Shown piece by piece: positions 11,449-25,373 of a DNA stretch of 64,000 nt. The position numbers and the translations under genes were made by a program. The notes beneath the pieces were generated by a model, which saw only the letters and a program-made list of their open reading frames with translations, was not told where the DNA came from and did not search any database. This DNA is from Lama glama. Lineage: Eukaryota. The stretch spans positions 3,164,001 through 3,228,000 of the forward strand of contig CM052816.1 in the NCBI GenBank assembly GCA_028534125.1, read 5' to 3'. Within the stretch, counting starts at the first letter, position 1. Each line of letters starts with the position of its first letter.

Positions 11449-12568
11449 CAAAGGGAGGGATAGGCTGGAGTACTCTGGCAGCTCCAGCACAGCACACAGC
11501 AGGAAGTGAAGGAGAAGGAGATTAGAGGAAAACAGCAGAGAGGAGAGAGGCCAGGTGGAGTGTTCCGGGATTTGACGCTTAAACCCTGGCTGTCCCATCT
11601 ATTCTGGGTCAGCTCCATCTGAGCTTCTGCCAATAAAGGCATGGTCTGCAGTCTCCCGCCTTCATCCGGCTGGTTCTTCCATCTTCCTAACCTCACTCCT
11701 CTTGGGTGGCTGCCTATTTCCACATTGATTTGCTGTCAAGTGCAGTTGTATCTTGATTCATTATATTGAGCAGGTAAATAGACATAAGGCATGGCCGTGT
11801 CTGTTGCCCATTCCTTGGCCATTCCCAACCTTGCTGTCCTTACTTGGCCATAGCCCTCTGAAGGCTTCTGGTATTTCCCCATCAACAGTCCCACTTACAT
11901 TCTGCCGGGCAGACCTTGTAGATAGGGCTGCACAGCTCAGAGAACTGCCTGCCTCCTTTTGGCAGCCTGGAGTACTCTGGAAGCAGATGAGTAATCAGAT
12001 GCATCACTGCCAAGAAAGGGATGGTTAGGGACCTTCCCATATCCAGAAGGATGGGAATGGCTGATAAGCTTCGGTGGAAAGCAAGAATATAAATTATTCC
12101 AAATTTGGGGTTTTAGGACACTCACAGAGAAGGGTGAGTGGTGTTGGAAGTGCAGTAAAAGTGCAACTGAAGCAGATTGTGCAGTGCTTCATCCACATCT
12201 TTCCTCTGCCTCCAGTGTACAGTGGACTTCAGGAAACCAGAAAGATGGGCATCTCGATCATTTTTGCTACTTTCCTCCTGAGAGTAAAACCAGCCCAAGA
12301 TTGCATCCCATTTCCCTGGAACAGACCTGGCTGGCTGCATCTGCAGAGGGCACAGGCCACGTCTGCTCTGGATTTCTCCTTTCATTGTCTTTCTTTGGTC
12401 CTGCAGGAAAGGCTCTTAGAGGGTCTGTTCTTAACAGCTCTCTCAGGGGCTGTTTCAGTTTCCCATGGCCCCAGCCCTCTAGCTCTAGTCTAAATGTTCC
12501 CTATTGCCACCTCAGTCTAGTCTGTTCTATTCTGCCTCCAGTTGGAGCATTTGCCCCAGTTAGTGTCA

Positions 12569-12619
12569 TGGGCAAATCCTTTGGAGTTGGACTGGGCAAA
12601 TCCTTTGGAGTTGGACTGG
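12569..12619. repeat. Perfect 24-bp tandem duplication
   Basis: tgggcaaatcctttggagttggac twice (12569-12592, 12593-12616), then tgg. Confidence 0.95.
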
Positions 12620-15600
12620 CCAACCAGGGGTCCCAGGACTCATCCTTCCCTCGTATTTTGGAATCTTTGCAAGAGGTCATAGGAAGGTAGAGCTGGGACA
12701 CACCTTAGAAGACACTGAGTACAGCAGGCTTATGCACAGATGCAGAAACTTCAACTCAGAGAAAGATGGGCACTTGTCTGAGGCCACACAGCAAGTAAAT
12801 GAGAGAGATGAGACAAGAATCATTTGTGTTCGTGGGTCTGGAGCCAGAGAAACCCGGATCTGACTCGCTAGCTGTGTAACCTGGGGCAGATTGCTGCATC
12901 TTTTGGAACCTCAGCATCCTCACTTACAAAATGACAGTAGTAACGGCAGCGTGGGTGGTATGACGGCCGAGTGAGGGGACAAGCACAAAGTGCTCATAGA
13001 GCACACGGTGAAGAGTCAGCACGGCTGTGATCCCACGCTGAGGTTCCAGGGGCAAACCCGAGGATGTGGTCCTATTGTCTGCTGCCCTGAGCAGCTGTCT
13101 TGTTTCCCAGAGCTCAGCAACAGGCTGGATGTGGTTCCCGGCCTCGGTGAGTTGGCAGAAGTGGAAGCAGCAGAGCTGAGCAGAGTGACCTCACCAGGTA
13201 TCCCTGGGGGACAGTTTCCTGCTATTTTCGTCTAAATTGGGCTTTTTGTTTTTGAACACATGTTAGCAAGCAGAACTCCAACTGCACACGACTTCCTAGT
13301 GTGTTTATTTCCCAAAGCCTTCTCATTCATGGTGCGTGCGAGTCTGGACTCCAAACAGCTTTGGTGGGAGGGTGCTGCTTTTCTGATTTTTCAAATTTCA
13401 TGAAGCACTAACAAAGTTTTTGTAATCCCATGATATTTGAGCGGAAATGAGGCCCTGTGCAAATGATCCTCAGGCTCTGGTTCTTAACTGTCTTGATTGA
13501 TTCATTCATCCTTTCCCTCTCGTATGGATGTGTCACATTCCAGGCACCAGCGCAGGTACTGCAGACATAGCTGTGAATAACCCTTTCTGCCTTCCTGGGG
13601 CTTGGGTTCCAGTGCAGGGAACAGTGAATAAACAAGCAAACATATAGTGTGTCTGCTGACAGTCACTATGGAGCCAACAAAGGGATATAAGTGCTCTGGA
13701 GAGCAGGGGTCAGGGGGGAGATGCTGTTTTGGAATGGTGGTCAGAGAATGCCTTGGGGTGAAACTATATTTCAGTCCAAACTTGAAGGAGGTGAGGAAGT
13801 GAGCCATGTGGGCAGCAGAGAGATGACAGTTCCAAGGAGCAGGAACAGCCAAGTTCAAAAGCCCTAAGAGATTAAGAAGTCTCCATTCCCGCTCTCCACC
13901 CCCACATACACTTCCCCATATATTGGAGTCTCTGGCCTCCCAGGAGCTGTGGATGAGGGCTTCTGGGACTCTGAAGGGAGGGAGAGGACATTTCTAGTTT
14001 CTTTCTCATCCTCATGAGGTGTCTGGCCTTCTCCCATCTAATCAAAGCCCATGTGCTAATGCACGGCCCGAAATAGCAGTGAGCAGGCCTTTAATGGAAT
14101 TCACATGGGGGAGATTGCCAAGAATGGTGAGGACAGAGGTGCATGGGGGTTGGGCCAGGAGAGAGGGGACCGAGCAAATGGGCCTTCAGCTCAGCTAGCA
14201 GACACCCCGAGGTGCCTTAGTTCAATAGCATGGCAGCTGGTAGCCTTTTTCTGTTGTGACATCCCCGGGGGGACACACCCCCTTTTCTCTGTTGAGTGCA
14301 GGTGGGAAGGAGTGACATCGTAGGGATAATCTGAATGTGGCTTCCATGTCGGAACGTCCTAGTTCAGATCCTGACTCTGCCGCTTACTAGCTGTATGTCC
14401 TTTTTAAGCTTCAGTTTCCCTGTCTGGGTATAATAATAGTCTCATGCTGTAGAGCCCTGGGGAGGGTGAAAAGAGATGGTGCAAGTCAAGGGCCCAGCAC
14501 AGTGCCTGGCTTGTACTCCAGACCCAGTAAATGGCAGTTATTATTTTTGTCCCTTGTGGTTTTTTAATTGCAAAATGTGCTCATTGTAAAACATGTAGCA
14601 AGACCAAAATATAACAAGTAAAAGAATGAAAGTCTCCTACCCATGAGGAGAATACACTGTTAGCAGTTTGGTGGGCCTACCCTGGACCTTTCCTGTGCAC
14701 GTGAGAACACGCACATGGATACTCGTAGACACAGACACACACAAGCACACCCAGGCTGCTATTTTTGCTGGGTAGGGAGGAGCAGAAATGAGATTATACT
14801 ATACATATTGTTCCACACTTGTTTTTTCAGACTTAACTGTATGTGATGAAGGTAGTAATCTGCTCTGATAAAATACATGTTGCATAGTTTTACATGTACT
14901 CACACACATATACACCATTTGCAAGTGTTGGTGCATTGCTGTCGTTAGGAGAACCTTACCTGTGATTGGAGAAGTGTAGGACAGTAGAAACAGTGCTCAG
15001 CTCAAGAGACAGACAGTGTGGATTTGGTCCACAAGCCAGTTGGCCCTCCTGCGCCTCAACTTTTTCATCTGTCAAATGGGGGTTTTTGTCCCAATTGGGC
15101 TCAAAGAGCCTTTCCTGTGCTACCTGTTTAGAGGATACTGCATAAGCGGAGGATGGAAAAGAAGTCCCTGCCTCTGGTGTTTGCTCTCTGGTTGCGGAGA
15201 CATCCCTGGAAATAGGGGGCAGTGGGATAAAGGCGAATACCCTCAAAACCACAGACCCTGGAGTTGAGGATGAGCTGCTTGCTCAGGGCTCACCGTTTAG
15301 GCAACATCAACCCAAAAAGGGAAATGACAGGGAAGCAATTATAGGCTGCTATTTCCACAATCCACAATTTTGAGGCATAAATCCACAATATTTTTTCTCC
15401 ATGTAATTTTCCCCAGGCTCTGAGGACTGCCTCATCAATCTGCATACCATATTGGACAACAACTTGTTTGCTGAAATCAAATGGAATCTTCCTTAGCTAT
15501 AGGCATCTAGGGAGATGAACACCTCCAGGGGGATGGAGGCTCTGGCTGTCTCCCTTCTCCGCGTTTTCCAACAGGAGGGCACCCTGAACTGTTGAACCTA

Positions 15601-17638
15601 CTTGCAGGATGCTCCTTGGCTGCAACACTACATTACAAAGTCACCTTCGAAAGCAAATGAGCAGCAGCTCACGCAGTGGGCACTGTGCCCAGGGGACCTT
15701 TGGCCATATACTTCTCTCTGCTAGTCTCTTGAGCACATGCTGGAGGTCTCATCTCTAAAGTAGACTTCCTACCTTCCATTCCAATGATGCTAAGATTTAG
15801 GTTTTGGCTTGGGGAAGGAAGCCACGTCCTTGGGTCTCACCCCGTTAATTATGCCCTAGCCCAGTTAGCAAAAGAGAAACCCTATGTGTACACGTCTAGC
15901 TGATAAGAATGGATGTTTGTTTTCTTTTGTGTGTATATCTACCTCCAGATCTCATGAGCAACAGTCATTGTCAAGGCAGAATTTAGACATTTGGAGGTTT
16001 ACTGATGATTATACCTGCCGCTGCTTCTGACTTTCACCTCTCTTCCTATCTCTAACTTCGTATCAGTCTCTCAGAGATATCTTAGGGAAGGAGACTGCTT
16101 TTGCTATCCTGGAAATCAAGCTACAACCTGGAAAATTAACAGTCATTGAGGATGGAGTGATCTAGCTCCTTGGTTTTTCCCCTCAACCCTCGAGTTGTAT
16201 AACACTGGAGGGCCCAAGAAGAGGAGACAGAGCAGGCAAAAGAGGAATTTTTCCTGCAGTAGACGGGGTGGATTAGTTACCCCTGCTTACTGCTGCACTC
16301 CTCCTCCAAGGAGGCCTGGCAGAAACACATAGCTGATCTGGAGCAAAACTGCATACAGCCCAGGCCATGGAGCTCCCCCTGGCTCCCAGCTCCCCAGCTT
16401 CCTCTGGAGTGAAGAGTAGACTTTAGCATCTTATCTGGGATAAAGGACAGCTCTCTCTGACCCTCCCTTGTCAGGAGCTTCATTTGCTGTTGGCAAAATT
16501 CAATTTCCTGGATCAAAGAGAAGCTTAAGAAAGGCTTAGATACATCCCAGTGCTCTTGGTGAACCGTGCTTCACTGAGTTGCATTCAAATGAGTCACAGA
16601 CATATGGGTTACATTTCACTTAAAATACACATGGCTTAAGAAATTAGAGGATATCGTTTTTTAACCAAGTATTTGGCAGATCTCAAGTATTCGAAATGTT
16701 TTTCCAAACTCGGCACACAGCTGGGCTCCCCCGTTCCCCACAGCTGACATTGTATAACCCAAGGAGACTGGTGCCGAGGAAACGGTTGGATTGGCTGGGT
16801 GGGGACCTCAGAATTTGAAGAGAGCTGCCTGTGTCTGAAATGTTCTTCCAGTTTTTTTTTTTTTGAAGTATTAGGACCTGGAATTAACCCTGCTGTGTTG
16901 ACTCTGAGACAGCGACTGCATCAGCAGATTTGAATTCTAAGCGCTGGGCTGGGCACCTTGCCCCAGAGAGACCTCACTGTCCTGTTTGAAGTGCAGTTTC
17001 CAAAATTGTAGCTTTGTAGACAGAGATTGATTTCAACTCCAGAGCCCCTGGAGTTGCAGACCAATCTGATGTGATCTTTATACAAGCCAAGTTTTCAACC
17101 CCACCCATGCATAAGCAGGGTCTTCATTATTTCTAAATCACTGGAAACATGACATTGCTTTCTTCAGATCCGCTGCGTAAACTCCGTCTCAGTAACTAGA
17201 AGTGGTGATCTGAAGGGAGGCAGCTATACAGTTGCCGAAAGACAGTATCGATGACCTAGATGTGCTGGGTCTTAAGGCTGTGAGCACAGAAGCCCGAAAT
17301 GCCATAATCCATAGGGTAGAACAGGCTTGGCCTTTGGTGCCAGAGAGCCCTAGATGCGGTTCCAGGCACTGACACTTTCTGGTTAGGTGGCCTTTGTCAA
17401 GTCACTTGCCTTCTGAGTGTTGTTTCTTCATCTGTATCCATGATAACATTCCCTCCTTAGGGAGCATTTACTGAGAGCCCGTCCCTGTGCAGAGGCACTT
17501 CACGTACTATCTCATTTAATCCTCGTGGCACCCCTTTTAATGAGATATTATTATCATTCACATTTTATACGTGGGGGAACTCAAGGGTGAGGAATTTGAG
17601 TAATTTACCCAGTGTCAGGCACAGCCAGGAGTCAAACT

Positions 17639-17677
17639 CAGATCTACCTGCCTCTTAACAGATCTACCTGCCTCTTA
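17639..17677. repeat. Tandem duplication with 20-bp period
   Basis: cagatctacctgcctctta repeated at 17639 and 17659. Confidence 0.9.
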
Positions 17678-17730
17678 CTATATTTTACTTCCTGCTTAGA
17701 AAATAGACATTAACACCTTCATTGCAGGGT

Positions 17731-18149
17731 TGGGTAGGCTGAAAAATGTGCCCCACCCTCCAAGAGACCACACTCTCCCTGGGACGTGAGGCAGTGCTGC
17801 CTTATGTGACAAAAAAGGATGTTTGTAAGTGTGACTAAATGAAGATCTTGAGAAGGGGAGATTATTTTGGATTTTGTGGGTGGCCTGCAAATACAATCAC
17901 AAGTATTTTTGTAAGAGGGAGTTTTGCTCACAGACAGAAGAGGGGAAGGCAGAGTGACCACAGAGGTGGGAGTGATACAGCCACAAGCCAAGGAATGTAG
18001 GCAGAGGCCTGGAATGGAACCTCCCAGAGAGAGTACAGCCCTGACTTTGGTCTTCTGGCCTCCAGAACTGTGGGAGAATAACTTTTCGTTGTTTTAAGCC
18101 ACCCAGTTTGTGGTAATGTGTTATGTGTCAGCCACAGGAAACATATGCA
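17731..18149 (+). mobile_element. Solo MaLR LTR (MLT1C/D-like)
   Basis: ggtaggctgaaaaatg...gggagattattttggatt...tggcctccagaactgtg...ttttaagccacccagtttgtggtaa; gggtt on both flanks. Confidence 0.8.
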
Positions 18150-20859
18150 GGGTTCACGAGCCTTTGCAGTAATGTACTGTGATGTGCTTAGGATCACTCC
18201 TGGCACAAACATGAGCAGGTTTTCAATACATGCTAACTTTCATTAGTGCAAAGTCAACATCAGATGTTTTCCAAGGTGTCTTGATGATACAAGGCATTGC
18301 ATATGGCCCCTGTGACTGTCTTCAAGTAAGAAACTGACAAGAGAAAAACATTGAGAAATAGCATGTGTGGTTACCACTTACCGGCATTTCTTAAGTTCCG
18401 GGACGTGTTGTCTGATGCTCGGTCTACCTTTGGGTAACTTCTGGCTGAAGAATGATGGTCAGATATGAGTAATGATACCATCAGTTGTGGTAATGACCAC
18501 AGTGTAGGGGATGCCTATAGAGCAGTCTCTGTGTGAGTCATCTAATTGATCATCACAACAACCTAGAGGTGTGGGTACGTGTATTAACCCTATTTGGCAA
18601 ATGGGGACCCTGTGGCATGTAGCTGTGTGGCTTGCTCAAGTCACCTGGTGGGAAGGGCAGAGCCAGGATGTGGAGGAAGATATGTTTGACTCTAGCCTCA
18701 GGCTCTTGGCTGTGGCCTCATATTGCTTCTTGGATGCACTGCCCTTGCTCGGTATGCGCTCCTTCAGTTAGCACTGGTGTAACTTCTTTGCTATTCTGCC
18801 CTCCCTCTTCTCTTTCCTGCTGCTTTCCTGGGGCCCTGGTTAGAATTTGGATTTCAGTGGACTGTGATGGTGTAATCCTGGCAGGTTGGATTCAGAACCT
18901 AGCTCCTTGTACCCACTGGTGATGTAAGCTTTGGCAAGTTGCTTCACCTTTGCGAGTCTCAGTTTCCTCATCCACATGATGGGGCTAATAATAGTAGCCA
19001 CCTTGTCGGATGTCACGTGACATTCAGTAACATAATGCTCTTAAATGGCTTACACGGTAACTGGTGCACTGTGAGAGTCCAACAGACAGTCGCTATTATT
19101 TGTGTTCTGCAGGATCGGAAAAACATTTAAGAATGAAGTAAGAGGGAATTCCCCTGAGTTGCTTTCCAAATGTAATTAGGAAGACGACCTTAAAACTCAT
19201 TGCCCCTGGGAGGAAACTCACTTCTGCTCTCCAGCCGTGCCCAGTTTGACCTAACTGTATCTCGAGAGTCCAGCTTTGCAGGTTCTCCGGTCGGCCAAAC
19301 TGTACCTCCTGTCTGCGCCTGCAGAATCAGCGCCCAGGCCCTCCCTTGGCAAGGCCCTGAGCTGTCCGATAAAGAGGCTGGGATCTGTATACCGGTTCCG
19401 GCTCTATCTCCTTCCAGGGACCCACAGCCAGGGCTGCCTGTGTAGCCAGGAAGGATGTCCATGGTTTTCTTTTGTCTCAAGCTTATTTCTCCTGGCGGCC
19501 CTTCAGCAGGAGCACAGGGTGAAATGAATGGGAGGAAGCTGTCAGCTGCCCTGTTGGCCTTAGTGGACTCTAGTCGGAGTGAAGGGAAGTGTGTGCTTGG
19601 AGGAAATCGGGAGTTGATTCTTGAGTTTGAGGAACCCTTGACCATCAGACTGTTTACCTTAAGATACCAACGATAGCGCGCATCCAGGGAGTGAGCATTT
19701 ACCCTGAACGTACGGTTTCACATGGATTTTTTTTTAACCCTGTATAAATGTCCATGTAAATTTACCCAAATGGGGTCATACTATATCCTAAGTTTCATAG
19801 TTAATTTTTTTTCACTTGGAAATATACCATGGGCAAGCATCAAATTAGTTTTAAAAATTTACGTGAGAACTTTTTGGAATGTCTGAAAACTTCAATAATA
19901 ATATTCTAGAAAAAATTGTCAGTAATAGAGTTTTAAAATAAATGAGATCATACTTTATGTACTGTTCTGTAATTGGCTTTTTTATTATTGGTCTTCAGTA
20001 TCTTTCCACATGAGCACATGTATAGATGTATTTCATTCTTCTTAATGGTGACATAGAATTCCTGAATAGATGGACCAAAATTTAAAAATTTCCCTATTAA
20101 TGGACAGTTTTCCAAGTTCTTGCTAGGACAGATAATGCTGCAGTAATAGGCTTATACATAGTCTTTAAGCATATTTGCAAGTGTTTCTGTAGGACTGGGC
20201 AGAGGAGGAGATACCTAGAAGCAGAGTTGCAAGGACATACAGCCTATGTGTTTAAAATGTTTTAAATTTTGACAAACTGTCCCTCCCATTCCACAGATTC
20301 CTCCCCAAAGACAGTACCATTTTACATTCGTACAGCACTTTATGGGAAAGTATTATGGATACGTTTCCATGTAAATTTCTTGGTCACTTTTAATGGCTAT
20401 ATGATATTATATTGTATGTGTATGCCATCATTTACTTTAAAAAGTTCTTAAAATGAAAAACGATGAAATGCACACAGGAGGAGAGAGGATAATGTAATGA
20501 ATCCCCATATACCCTTCTCAGATTCAATAATGATTCAGATGCCATGATTAATTTAATCACCCCATATTGATGGGCATTCAAGATGGGGTTTTCTCCCCCA
20601 TTTTTACAAACAGTGCTAGAGTGAATATGTTCATGTTCTTTGGAAGGTGCTTTCAGAGGATTACCTCCTAAATGTGATTCACTGGGTCACAGGGAATTTA
20701 CACAGAACATGCAGGTAGATAAAGGCATAATGCCTTTGGCTTCTCTGTCAGTGGCATCCCACCACCCATGTTGAGAGAATTTGTTCCACACGTTCTCACC
20801 AATGGGTTGATTGTTGAGCTTGGGCAGCCTCTTTAAACCCAAACTCTCCTGCCTTTGAA

Positions 20860-21590
20860 AAAAAAACAAACAGCTTTATTGAGATATAACTTACATACGG
20901 TATTGTTGATCTGTTTAAATAAGTATGCCATTCAATATTTTTTAGTATATTTAGAGTTGCACAACCATCATCAGAGTCACCTTATTTGGAGATAGAGTCA
21001 TTATGGGTGTAATTAGTTGAGATGGAATCATTCAGGGGTAGGGTGGCATCTAATCCAATATGATTGGTGTCCTTATAAATAGGAGACATTTGGACACAGA
21101 CAAGCACACAGGGAGAATGCCATATAAAGATTAGAGTTATGAAGCCACAAGCCATGAAAATGCCAGAAGCTAGGAGGGAGACCTGAAACAGACCCTTTCC
21201 TAGCACCTTCAAAGGGAGCACTGCCAACACCTTGATCTTAGACTTAACTTTCAGAACCGTGAGGCAATAAATTTTTGTTTTGAAACCTCTCAGTTTGTGG
21301 TACTTTGTTAAGGCACCCCAACTTCCCCCTGAAACCCATTAGCTCTTGGCAATCTCTAACTTGCTATCTGTCACTATAGATTTGCCTACTCTGGATAGTT
21401 CATATAAATGAGATTATACAATATTGGTCTTTTGTGAGGGGTTTCTTTCACTGTGTAATGTTTTTGAGTTTTATCCATGTTGTATAGCGGGTATCTGTCC
21501 CTTGTTCCTTTCTATTGCTGCATAGTATTCCACTGCATGAATATACCAGATTGTGTTTATCCATTCATCAGTTGATGTATTTTTCCTACG
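20860..21590 (-). mobile_element. L1M-type 3' end interrupted by a + strand MLT1-type LTR fragment (~20975-21318)
   Basis: cagctttattgagatataac...gttgcacaaccatca, then ccttatttggagatag...gtttgtggtactttgtta, then L1 resumes (tatagatttgcct..tctgga...catataaatg). Confidence 0.7.
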
Positions 21591-23009
21591 TTTTAAACCA
21601 GAGCTAACTCAACTCCACTCTACAAGTTTGATTTCAGTGAACATTAATTGAGCACCTGTGTGGAAAGTCCTGTGCTGGGTGCTGTAGGGAGTTGATGCAA
21701 ACCCAATATTCTGGCCCTCTCACAGTTTACTCTCTGTAGGAGAGAAAACACACAAACAGCACAATCCCAGGCTGGTTACAAATTTGCTTAATAGAGTTAA
21801 AAGTAAAGTGCTAAGGAGACAAGAAGGAAGAGAGAATTTCTGACTCGAGTATAGAGAAAGTTTCCCTAAGGAGGGTTCCTTGGAACTCTGTCTTGCAGGA
21901 GCAAGGAGGGGAGACTTTGGATGAGGAAAGGAGGAGAGATGAGTGAAAGAATGAGAAAGGAATTCAGACTGAGAAATTAATATATAAATATTTGGTCTGG
22001 ATCAAGAGGAACCAAATTTGTAGTGCTAATAAGCTCTTAGGAATTCAGTATTCCAACTAGGCCAAATCATCGTAGTTCAGAAGAGTAGTATGTAGGTTTG
22101 GGGAAGGAGTTTCTGTCCTTTCTGCAGCTGAGCTACCTGAGATTTGAGTGGCTTAGAGCTCCATTTCCTTTGTTCTCTTATGTTTGACTTTGAGTTGGGC
22201 TCTCTCTTGCCTCCGGTAAAACTTTGTGATCAGAAAGATAAGTGGAGTATTTCTAGGAAAGAAGCTTGAGGTGCAATTTAAAACTGAGCTATATTTTCTG
22301 CACCTTGGATAAGAAGAAGCTCTTCCCTCACCCTCCCTGTCAAAGGGAAATTTGGGCTGAGCTGAGTGGATGGAGGTGTACCTGGTGGATGGAGCCACGG
22401 ACTACAAGGGGCTGAGCCCAAAGCAAAGATGGCTTCTTCACAACTCGGGGAGAGGATGGAGTCTCCTGAAAACAAGACATGGTGGGTGGGATATGGATGG
22501 ATATGTGGATGTACATTTGGACTGGAGGTCCCACCTTCCAAACCTCTGTCTTCATCTTCAAGGATGTGCCTTGGCTCTTCATCCAGACTCCCTAGAAGCT
22601 GGTGTTGTTTCTACTCCCCAGTCTTTGTGCTTAGGAAGCAGAGCATCACCATCTCCTGGAAAAGTCCACAGGAGGAAGAGGCCAATTCTGGGGTCTCTGG
22701 ACTAGTTTTATCCTGAGCATGAAACCTCATTTACATTTTACCCAGGAAATATTCTGATTTTAAGAAAGGAAGCTTTACCCTTTCTCTTTTTAGAACTCGG
22801 TGATATACACAACTTTTGGCTGATATCTTGAATGCTAAATAAACAGACTTTTGGGCACCCTGGAACAAACTGTGGGTCTTGCTCTTACTCATTCAGGGGC
22901 AGGCATTGAGTCAGAGAATCCTTGGTTTTTCTGACAGGCGTCTCCGCGTTTCGGGCTTGAGCTCTGGATTACTCACTGGGGATTCTCACCTTTTTTCTCT
23001 CTTTCCTTC

Positions 23010-23870
23010 TCTTCCTTCATTCAACAAATACTGTGAGCGCCAAATATGTGGCTGGCATTGGGCTAGGTCCTGAGTGTTCCTGGAAGAGCAACGATGAGCA
23101 AAACACAGTGTCTACTACCATCACGGGGCTTAGAGCTTAGTAGAGGCGAGAGGTAATCCAGCCATTACTGAACAGTGTGGGGCAGCTATGATGGAGGAAA
23201 CAGAGGGTACCGTGGGAGCATGGGGAAGGAGAACCTACCCTGGATGCGGGTCAGGGAAGGCTTTCAGGAGGAAGTGAAGTAAAAAGAAGTAGGGTGGTGG
23301 TGGAGGGGGTGGTAGAGTTAGCTTATACAAAGGGAGTGGGCTCCAAACAGCACAAGTAGCAGGAACAAAGGTTCAAAGGCTAGAGCAACATTCGAAGATG
23401 CAAAGAAGTTCTTTATGGTTAGAGCGGAGAGTGAGAAGGGGGAAGGAAGCGATGAGAGAAGAGGTTGACCAGGTTGGCAGGAGTGTCTTTGAATGGCTTT
23501 GTAGTCTCCTTTAAGGGACTGGGTGTTTATCTTGAGGGCAATGGGAAGCTGATGGAGGCTATTTTAAAAGCCAGACAGTGACACATCCAAAATACATGTG
23601 AGAAGGATGGCTTAGACTGAAGCATGGAGGATGGATTGGAAGGGGGCAAGATTAGCGATGGTAGTAAGACCCATTCACAAGCTCCATTATCATCTGAGTG
23701 AGAAATTACGGTGATCTGACTTAGGGCACAGGTAGCTGATATGGAGAGAAGAGGACAGATTCCAGAGATACTTATTTATAAGGTGGAATCATGGAGACTG
23801 GGAGATGCGTTGAATATAGGCTGAGGGAGGGGATGGACTCCAGCGTCAATCTGAGGCTCCTGGCTGGAGT
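23010..23870 (-). mobile_element. L2 LINE fragment
   Basis: ttcattcaacaaatactgtgagc end motif followed by purine-rich L2-like body (cagggaaggctt..ggaggaagtga, tgagggcaatgggaagc). Confidence 0.6.
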
Positions 23871-24873
23871 AAGTATTGGGACAGTGGTGCAAGTCCCTGG
23901 GCATGTCCCCAGCTTGTGGTGGGACCTCGGACAAGCCACTTCTTTTCTCGGATCTTTAGTGTCCTCATCAGATGAAGCGTAACCCTTTCTAGTCACCAAC
24001 TTTGCGGGATCTTGGTGGTGGGGATCCACTGATAAAGTCTATGTGAGAAGTAGTGTCCGGCACTCTTTCTATGACCCTAAAAGGCCCGGCAGGAGCGAAG
24101 TCTGTCCTTACCCTGGTTATCTCTGTAATGTGGACCCTTACGTAGTCTTCGCTCCTTATCTACAATTCTAAACACTCGATCTCCCAGGAACTGGCGAGAC
24201 CTCTGCCTATTCCGGCAGCTGAGGCCTCCCTGGGGGCCTCCCTGGGGGTTCTCAAACCAGCTTTTGTAGAAAACAATGATATCATTTAGTGGGTGGAGCT
24301 GGCCAGGCTTTCCTCAGCCAGTTTAAGGAGAAATGGGGGCTTTATGACTTCTGTACTGATGGCTCTTTTCCAGTCCCTTCCATAGCTCCCATGTGCCCTA
24401 ATGCCCCCCCCCTTCCTTTTACCCCTGAGGTTACGGGTTTGCAGAGAACTGGCAGCCTCCACATTTTCTCCTCTTGCATCAGTCTCCCTGGAGAGAGGTC
24501 TCGATGGGCCAAGGGGCTATAATGGCTGCATTATATTGGGTGTGGTTTCTTTTTCCAAGCCCCCCTCCTCCCTCGCCGGGAAAGGAAGGACAAGTCATGG
24601 AAAGGGATTCCTTTGGAGGGAGACTGGAGTGCTAGAGAGAGAGGAGACCACTGTGTTGGGAAAGATGTCAGGCTCCTTGTGTTCTGGAAGCTCTTTATCT
24701 CTTACTGATGCTGGATTTGGGGCTTGAGTAAGAATGCAAAGGGTAAACTGTTCTTTCACTTACGTGATGATAGAATTATGGCTGCGGAGAAGATGAGCAG
24801 TGTTGAGGATGCTGAGTTTCGGACCCCTAGGTGGCCTTTTCCTCTCTGCCCTCAATACACTCGCGCACACACA

Positions 24874-25373
24874 NNNNNNNNNNNNNNNNNNNNNNNNNNN
24901 NNNNNNNNNNNNNNNNNNNNNNNNNNNNNNNNNNNNNNNNNNNNNNNNNNNNNNNNNNNNNNNNNNNNNNNNNNNNNNNNNNNNNNNNNNNNNNNNNNNN
25001 NNNNNNNNNNNNNNNNNNNNNNNNNNNNNNNNNNNNNNNNNNNNNNNNNNNNNNNNNNNNNNNNNNNNNNNNNNNNNNNNNNNNNNNNNNNNNNNNNNNN
25101 NNNNNNNNNNNNNNNNNNNNNNNNNNNNNNNNNNNNNNNNNNNNNNNNNNNNNNNNNNNNNNNNNNNNNNNNNNNNNNNNNNNNNNNNNNNNNNNNNNNN
25201 NNNNNNNNNNNNNNNNNNNNNNNNNNNNNNNNNNNNNNNNNNNNNNNNNNNNNNNNNNNNNNNNNNNNNNNNNNNNNNNNNNNNNNNNNNNNNNNNNNNN
25301 NNNNNNNNNNNNNNNNNNNNNNNNNNNNNNNNNNNNNNNNNNNNNNNNNNNNNNNNNNNNNNNNNNNNNNNNN
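24874..25373. other. Assembly gap (500 N), intron 3, starting in a CA repeat
   Basis: Run of exactly 500 N preceded by gcacacaca. Confidence 0.99.

Noticed and set aside
12569..12619. Short direct repeats as a possible CRISPR-like array
   Set aside because: Two abutting copies with no spacers, in mammalian intronic DNA.
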